This document shows, one piece after another, positions 57,878 through 64,000 of a DNA stretch of 64,000 bases. The notes beneath the pieces were generated by a model that saw only the letters and a program-made list of their open reading frames with translations, made no database searches and was not told the DNA's origin. Positions within the stretch are counted from its first letter, which is position 1, and each line of letters starts with the position of its first letter. Source of the DNA: Candidatus Fervidifonticultor sextus (GTDB lineage: Bacteria > Sysuimicrobiota > Sysuimicrobiia > Sysuimicrobiales > Humicultoraceae); assembly GCA_031459875.1 (NCBI GenBank), contig JAVKHQ010000005.1, positions 32,001-96,000 of the forward strand, given 5' to 3'. The position numbers were made by a program, and so were the translations under genes.

Positions 57878-59581
57878 ATGGACGTCCTCGCCAGGACCCT
57901 TTCCTACCTCGGCGCGACCCTGTTGATTGGTGCAGGGATCTTCGCCTTCTGGATCGGCCCCGAGATGGCCCGCAGCGCGGCGCGTGGGCGGATCCGCCTC
58001 GGCGCGCTGGCGGGAGTCTGCCTGCTGCTGGTGGGGACCGCACTGGGGGTGATCCGGGGACTCCTCCAGGCGCTGGGCGAACTGGGTCCGGCCATGGTAC
58101 CGGCCTACCTTCTCGGGACCCGTCACGGCAACGCGGCCGCCGCCCGGATCGTGCTCGCCGTCCTGCTCGGGGTCATGGCGCCGGGCCGCGGCGGCCGACT
58201 CAGCAGGCCCGTCTTTCTGGGGCTCGCCGCCGGCCTGCTCGCGACTTTCAGCCTGACCAGCCACGCCGCCGGCCTCGGTCGGGTCTTCCCGATCCTGGCG
58301 GACCTGGTCCACCTTTCCGGCGCCGCCGTGTGGGCCGGCGTCGTGCTCTACCTGGCATGGGCTCCAGTCTGGGTGCCCAGCCTGCCGCAGGGCGCCCCCG
58401 GAGATTCTCTGAGCCAGGCCGTGCGGCAGACCTCCGCGATCGGACTGGCCTGCGTCCTCCTGCTCGTTGCGACCGGCGCCTACGCGGCCGCCCTGCACCT
58501 CTGGGGCCCCGTGGCGCTCTCGGCCACCCCGTACGGCCGGACCCTCGCGGGCAAACTCGCGGCCATCGCCCTGCTGCTGGCAATCGCTGCGGTGAACCGT
58601 TGGGTGCTCACTCCTGGTCTTGGGCGGCCCGGATTCCTCGGGGCGACTGGCCGCCTGCTGAAGGTCGAGTCGCTGGTTCTGGCCGCCGTCTTGTCCCTGA
58701 CTGCCCTGCTCACCACGCGCCCGCTGCCCGAGCCGCCGGCCTCCGTGGAGGGCGTCGTGACCATCAATGAGGTGGCTGGCCCCTGGCTGGTGCGGGGGAG
58801 CCTGGCTCCGGCGATTCCCGACGGGCTCACCCTTGAGTTGACGGTCCGCCGCGCTGGCGGCGCCCTCCCGGTGGGCCCGATGTCCGTGGAAGCCGTGATG
58901 ACCATGCAGGGGCATCCGATGCCGCCGGTGGTCATCCGGCCGACGGCCACCGGTCCGGGAAGTTTCCGCGCCGCTGTCTCGCTGCCGATGGCTGGCGCGT
59001 GGGACCTCGCTATCGTCCTGCCGGGCGCCGTCCTCCGTGTTCCCGTCATGGCTCGCAGCGGTCCGGGGGGCGGCTCAGGGTGGGCTCCAGTGCTGCCAGG
59101 TCTCCTGCTGGCGGTCGCCGCCTCGGTCGTTGCGGGTGCCATGCTCGACCGGGCAGGCCTCCACACGCAGACAGGCCGGCTGGCCGCCCTCACAGGAGGC
59201 GCCCTGCTGGCGGTCGGCCTGACCTTCGCCGTCCGCGCCGCAGCCCCCGCCACCTCGCCGGGCGGGATCCCTGACCGGCAGAATCCCATCGCCCCGACGG
59301 CGGAGTCGCTGGCCGCCGGAGAACGCCTCTACCGGCAGCATTGCCAGGCCTGCCACGGGCTCACCGGAGCCGGCGACGGTCCGGCCGCCGCAGCGCTCCG
59401 CCCGCCGCCGGCGGACCTGCGGGTGCACATGGCGGCGGGGCACACCGACGGCCAGCTCTTCCACTGGATCAGCGAGGGCATGCCCGGGACCGCCATGCCA
59501 GCCTTCAAGAATATCCTCTCCGAGGAGGACCGCTGGCATGTGTTGAACTTCATCAAATCGTTCGCCCTCAGCGATCGGTAA
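57878..59581 (+). CDS. CopD-family membrane protein fused to a YtkA-like domain and cytochrome c
   Basis: SLTSHAA, DLVHLSGAAVWAG, TPYGRTLAGKL; MTMQGHPM..LPMAGAW; NPIAPT, CQACHG, GMPGTAMPAF. Confidence 0.88.
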   Translation: MDVLARTLSYLGATLLIGAGIFAFWIGPEMARSAARGRIRLGALAGVCLLLVGTALGVIRGLLQALGELGPAMVPAYLLGTRHGNAAAARIVLAVLLGVMAPGRGGRLSRPVFLGLAAGLLATFSLTSHAAGLGRVFPILADLVHLSGAAVWAGVVLYLAWAPVWVPSLPQGAPGDSLSQAVRQTSAIGLACVLLLVATGAYAAALHLWGPVALSATPYGRTLAGKLAAIALLLAIAAVNRWVLTPGLGRPGFLGATGRLLKVESLVLAAVLSLTALLTTRPLPEPPASVEGVVTINEVAGPWLVRGSLAPAIPDGLTLELTVRRAGGALPVGPMSVEAVMTMQGHPMPPVVIRPTATGPGSFRAAVSLPMAGAWDLAIVLPGAVLRVPVMARSGPGGGSGWAPVLPGLLLAVAASVVAGAMLDRAGLHTQTGRLAALTGGALLAVGLTFAVRAAAPATSPGGIPDRQNPIAPTAESLAAGERLYRQHCQACHGLTGAGDGPAAAALRPPPADLRVHMAAGHTDGQLFHWISEGMPGTAMPAFKNILSEEDRWHVLNFIKSFALSDR

Positions 59582-59586
59582 CCTGA

Positions 59587-60621
59587 ATGCGTGCTTCCCG
59601 CCGTCGCCATCTCCATCGGGCCGCCCTGCTGGCAAGTCTGCTGGCTGCCTTTTCGGGTTGCCAGCAGGCGCCGCCGGCCCACGGGCCGGCGCTCCCGCTG
59701 GTCAGGCCTGTACCGGACGCTCCGGGCAGGCTGCTCTACACGAAACTGCGGCCCGATGCCCGGAGCGCGTTTATGACCTTCGAGCCGGCCACCGGGGCGC
59801 TCGCGGAGCTGGTCGTGTTCCCGCCGGGTGTGATCGCGGGGATGCCCGCCGCCTCACCCGATGGGGCCCAGGTGGCCTACAGCGCCTACCGACCCGGAAA
59901 GGATCCGACGGATCCCGGCGGCACCGATCTCTACGTGATGGATGCCACTGGCGCGCGCCAGCACCTCGTGGCCGCGCATCCGCAGGCGGGTGCCTCGCTG
60001 ACCGAGCCGGCGTGGGCGCCAGACGGTCGAACCCTGTATGTCACCCACGTCGCCCGCGACGGCGCCATGCGGATCGAACGGATCTCGCTGAGCGATCGGC
60101 GCCGACAGACCGTCATCGTCAACGCCTCGTACCCGACCGTCGCCCCTGACGGACGTGTGGGGTTCATCCGCATGGATCCGAGCCTCCGCATCCAAGAACT
60201 CTGGGTGGCACAGGCCGACGGGCGCGGGGCCCGTCGTATCGTGGCCGGCTCGCCGTTTGCCGGGATGGCCTTCCCCAGGTTTGCACCCTCAGCCGATCTC
60301 ATCGTGTTTGCGGCCATCGGTGGTCCCGTCGGCTCGCCTTCGCCCCGATCCGAGCGTCCGGTGCCTCTCTGGCAGCGTGGACGGGCTGCCTTCGCCCACG
60401 CCGTCCCCTGGGACCTCTGGATCGTCGCTAGCGACGGGACGGGCCTGAGGCAGGTGACCAACCTGAAGGAGGACTACCCCGTTCCGGTCTGGTCCGCCGA
60501 CGGGCACTGGATCGCCTTCACGGGCGAGTTCGGCCTCTACCTCCTCCGCCCCGCGGAGAAGCGGGTTGTGCGGGTCCACGATGAAGGGGCTGGGAGCGGC
60601 CTGGCGTGGCTGTCGCGCTAG
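59587..60621 (+). CDS. TolB-like (PD40) beta-propeller lipoprotein
   Basis: Lipobox FSGC; PAASPDG, PAWAPDG, PTVAPDG, PRFAPS, PVWSADG repeats. Confidence 0.85.
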   Translation: MRASRRRHLHRAALLASLLAAFSGCQQAPPAHGPALPLVRPVPDAPGRLLYTKLRPDARSAFMTFEPATGALAELVVFPPGVIAGMPAASPDGAQVAYSAYRPGKDPTDPGGTDLYVMDATGARQHLVAAHPQAGASLTEPAWAPDGRTLYVTHVARDGAMRIERISLSDRRRQTVIVNASYPTVAPDGRVGFIRMDPSLRIQELWVAQADGRGARRIVAGSPFAGMAFPRFAPSADLIVFAAIGGPVGSPSPRSERPVPLWQRGRAAFAHAVPWDLWIVASDGTGLRQVTNLKEDYPVPVWSADGHWIAFTGEFGLYLLRPAEKRVVRVHDEGAGSGLAWLSR

Positions 60622-60676
60622 GCGCCACCAGGCGTCCGCCCCCGGGCCGCGCCGGCCTTGCGCCGCCTGGGTTGCA

Positions 60677-60685
60677 TGCTATAAT
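60677..60685 (+). promoter_or_regulatory. Extended -10 (TGCTATAAT) for rplY-pth
   Basis: Perfect TGn-TATAAT about 55 nt upstream of the rplY ATG. Confidence 0.7.
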
Positions 60686-60738
60686 GAACGCCGTTCGGGC
60701 CCCGATCCTCGGGGCTCGACTGTTGGAGGGAACCGCAC

Positions 60739-61476
60739 ATGGAACGGGTGACACTGAAGGCTCGGCCGCGTGAGGCACTCGGTAAAGGCGCCGCGCGCAG
60801 TCTTCGGCGGCAGGGGCTCGTCCCGGCGGTCGTCTACGGCCGCGGCCGGGACCCTCAGGCGGTCGCCGTCGATGCGAAGGCGCTGTCGGAGGCCCTGCAC
60901 ACCCACGCCGGTATGAACGTCCTGATCGATCTGGAGGTCCCAGACGGCGACGGCGCGGAGCCGACCACGGTCGTCGTCAAGGAGACCCAGCGGGACATCT
61001 TTCGGCATCACCTGATCCATGTGGACTTCCACGCCATCTCCCTGACCGAGACCATCGAGATGCATGTGCCGGTGGTGCTGAAGGGGACCGCCAGGGGGGT
61101 GGCCGAGGGCGGGGTGCTGGAGCACCACCTGCGCGAGGTCCTGGTCAAGTGTCTGCCGACGCAGATCCCGGACCAGCTCGAACTGGATGTCACCGAGTTG
61201 CTGGTCGGCCGGTCCCTGCACGCCAGCGATCTGGTGGTCCCGGAAGGCGTCACGCTGCTTACGCCGCCCGATGAGGTGATCGTCACCGTCGTCGCGCCGC
61301 GGGTGCACGAGGAGGCGGCGCCCGCTGCGGCGGCCCCGGCGGAGGCCGCGGCGGCGGTCGAAAGCGCGCCGGCGCCCGAAGGGGCCGGGACCACGACGGC
61401 AGCCGGGAAGCCCCGGGCCGCCGACGCGGCGGCCGCGGCCGGCAAGCCGCGGGCAGCCGAAAGCGACAGGTCCTGA
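60739..61476 (+). CDS. rplY: 50S ribosomal protein L25/Ctc
   Basis: GKGAARSLRRQGLVPAVVYG, HVDFH, GGVLEH, CLPTQIP; Ala-rich tail with two AAGKPRAA repeats. Confidence 0.96.
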   Translation: MERVTLKARPREALGKGAARSLRRQGLVPAVVYGRGRDPQAVAVDAKALSEALHTHAGMNVLIDLEVPDGDGAEPTTVVVKETQRDIFRHHLIHVDFHAISLTETIEMHVPVVLKGTARGVAEGGVLEHHLREVLVKCLPTQIPDQLELDVTELLVGRSLHASDLVVPEGVTLLTPPDEVIVTVVAPRVHEEAAPAAAAPAEAAAAVESAPAPEGAGTTTAAGKPRAADAAAAAGKPRAAESDRS

Positions 61477-61551
61477 TCGCGCGCCGGGGCCACCGCCCCC
61501 CTGCGCCGCGCACCGGGTGCTCGCCCGAACGCGGATGGATGTCTTTTCGCC

Positions 61552-62151
61552 ATGCGGCTTATCGTGGGGCTGGGCAACCCCGGACGGCGCTACCGCGGCA
61601 CCCGGCACAACATCGGGTGGGAGGTCCTGGACCGCCTTGCCCGCACGCACGGCATTGCGATTGACGCCGAGGACGGCTGGGCCGAGGTCGGCCGGGGCAC
61701 CATCGGCGGCCGCCGGGTGCTGCTGGCCCGGCCGCAGACCTACGTGAACGTCAGCGGCACGGCCGTGGCCGACCTCACCCGGCGCCATCGGGTCGCGCCA
61801 TCGGACCTGCTTGTGATCGTCGACGACCTGGATCTCCCGGTGGGGTCGGTGCGCGTGCGGGAGAAGGGCGGCCACGGCGGCCACAACGGCCTCCGCTCCA
61901 TCATCGAGGCGCTCGGCACCACGGCGTTCCCCCGCATCCGGATCGGCATCGGCAGGCCGCCGGAAGGCGTCGACCCCGCCGACTACGTGCTCGAACGACC
62001 GTCGGCCGACGAGCGGGCGCTCCTGGACGATGCCGTGGCCCGCGCCGCAGAGGGCGCGACGCTGTGGGTCACGGACGGCGTGCAGGCCGCCATGCGTCGC
62101 TGTCACATCCGGCGGCCTCAGGACGCTGTAGGGTCACAGGCACCGCTATAA
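61552..62151 (+). CDS. pth: Peptidyl-tRNA hydrolase
   Basis: IVGLGNPG, TRHNIG, TYVNVSG, DDLDL, GGHNGLRSI, RIRIGIGRP. Confidence 0.97.
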   Translation: MRLIVGLGNPGRRYRGTRHNIGWEVLDRLARTHGIAIDAEDGWAEVGRGTIGGRRVLLARPQTYVNVSGTAVADLTRRHRVAPSDLLVIVDDLDLPVGSVRVREKGGHGGHNGLRSIIEALGTTAFPRIRIGIGRPPEGVDPADYVLERPSADERALLDDAVARAAEGATLWVTDGVQAAMRRCHIRRPQDAVGSQAPL

Positions 62152-62172
62152 TGGCGGGATGGAGGCATCGTC

Positions 62173-62751
<579 letters not shown>

Positions 62752-62784
62752 TCCTGGAGGCCCCCGCGTCAGGGCGCCGCGGCG

Positions 62785-64000
62785 TTGGCTGACGTCGGCC
62801 GCCGCGGCCTCTGGTCGGCGTTTGCCACCCTGCGCCACCGCAACTTCCGGCTGCTGTGGACCGGCCTGCTGGTCTCGCAGACCGGGTCGTGGATGCAGTT
62901 CATCGCGCTCGGTTACCTGGTCGACCAGCTCACGAAGGCACCGATCTATCTCGGTCTGTTGGGGATCAGCCAGGCCGTCCCGCGCCTGCTGTTTGCGCTG
63001 ATCGGCGGGGCGGCCGCCGACCGCTTCGACCGGCGCCGGGTGCTGCTGGCGACCAACCTGCTCCTCATGGGCTCGGCCATCCTGCTCTGGCTGCTGGCGT
63101 ACACCGATCGCATTCAGGTCTGGCACGTCCTGCTCATCGGGGCGGTCAACTCGACGACCCAATCCTTCGACAATCCGTCGCGGCAGTCGATGGTCCCCCT
63201 CCTGGTCGGCGACCGCGAGCTGATGCCGGCCCTCAGCCTGAACACCATGGCTATGAACGGCTCGGGGATCTTCGGCCCGTCCATCGGCGGCGTGGTGATC
63301 GCCCTGGTGGGGGTCGAGGGGTGCTTCTTTGTCAACGCCCTCTCATACGTCGCGGTGGTGGCGGCCCTGCTGCGGATGGAGATCCCGCAGCAGGCCGCCG
63401 GGGGACGCCAGTCCATCGGCGCCGACATCCGTGAGGGCCTACGGCTCCTCGGCCAGAACCGCCACCTGCTGGCGATGCTGGGCGTCGTGGGCGTGCTGAG
63501 CTTCTTCGGCCGTCCCTACATCCGACTGATGCCCGCCGTGGCGCGGGAGGTGCTCGGAGTCGGCCCCACCGGCCTGGGCGTCCTGCAGGCCGCGCCGTCG
63601 GTCGGCACGATCCTGGCCGTCTTCGTCGTCGGCATCTTCGGGGAGACGGCCGGCAGGGGCCGGCTGCTGCTGGGTGCGGCGATGACCACGGGGCTCGTGG
63701 TGGCGCTCTTCGGCGCGTCCACCTGGTTTGGTGTCTCGGTCGGTCTGTTGGTCCTCGCGGGCATCTCGCAGGCGCTGGCCATGGCCGCAGGCAACACGAT
63801 CCTGCAGACCAGCGTCCGCCCGGATCAGCGCGGACGGATGATGGGCGTCTGGAGCATGGTGAACTTCGGGATGTTCGCGCTGGGCACGCTGCCGCTGGGC
63901 GCCCTGGCCGGCGCGGTCGGGGTGGGCCCGGCGCTGACGCTGGGCGGCGTCGTGGTGGTCGTGGTGGTCGGAATCCTGGCGCTGGCCGTGCCGCGGATCG
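62785..64000 (+). CDS. MFS transporter (partial, runs off the window end)
   Basis: Open frame from TTG 62785: AFATLRHRNFRLLWTGLLVSQTGSWMQ, GGAAADRFDRRRVL, DQRGRMMG; no stop before 64000. Confidence 0.88.
   Translation, partial: MADVGRRGLWSAFATLRHRNFRLLWTGLLVSQTGSWMQFIALGYLVDQLTKAPIYLGLLGISQAVPRLLFALIGGAAADRFDRRRVLLATNLLLMGSAILLWLLAYTDRIQVWHVLLIGAVNSTTQSFDNPSRQSMVPLLVGDRELMPALSLNTMAMNGSGIFGPSIGGVVIALVGVEGCFFVNALSYVAVVAALLRMEIPQQAAGGRQSIGADIREGLRLLGQNRHLLAMLGVVGVLSFFGRPYIRLMPAVAREVLGVGPTGLGVLQAAPSVGTILAVFVVGIFGETAGRGRLLLGAAMTTGLVVALFGASTWFGVSVGLLVLAGISQALAMAAGNTILQTSVRPDQRGRMMGVWSMVNFGMFALGTLPLGALAGAVGVGPALTLGGVVVVVVVGILALAVPRI

Noticed and set aside
61396..61462. AAGKPRAA repeat in the L25 tail as a repeat element
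   Set aside because: Only two degenerate copies inside a low-complexity tail, which is normal for Ctc-type L25.

Overview
High-GC bacterial chromosomal window of about 68 CDS. No rRNA, tRNA, CRISPR array or transposase is visible. The backbone is housekeeping: argS, fsa/tal, rho, rpmE, tdk, prfA, prmC, a degenerate Sua5/TsaC homologue, rpiB, glyA, upp, glnA, a DEAD-box helicase, pit, ppa, rbsK, rplY and pth. It also holds an RpiR-led peptidoglycan-recycling operon (Opp-type ABC, serine hydrolase, sugar kinase, murQ, anmK) and many copper-handling genes: three SCO, two PCuAC, CopC, CopD-cytochrome c, a cupredoxin and a cupredoxin/beta-propeller fusion. The main candidate for an undescribed system is three paralogous ~160-170 aa 'hypothetical' ORFs. 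Each has a hydrophobic N-terminus, an HxHxVIGGTP motif, a His-rich stretch and a C-terminal VPDPPPR, and each sits ~90-100 nt upstream of a copper operon. Their 3' codons are complementary to the downstream Shine-Dalgarno, which suggests His-based copper-sensing ribosome-arrest leader peptides (inference by analogy to CutF/CruR). Other items the ORF track misses: an ArsC-like gene with UGA at the catalytic Cys (probable selenoprotein), a DEAD-box helicase with a probable AUU start, a nonsense-disrupted PCuAC copy, a homopolymer frameshift, and a PlsY/acyl-ACP-reductase-like fusion. All family calls come from motif recognition by eye, not database searches.
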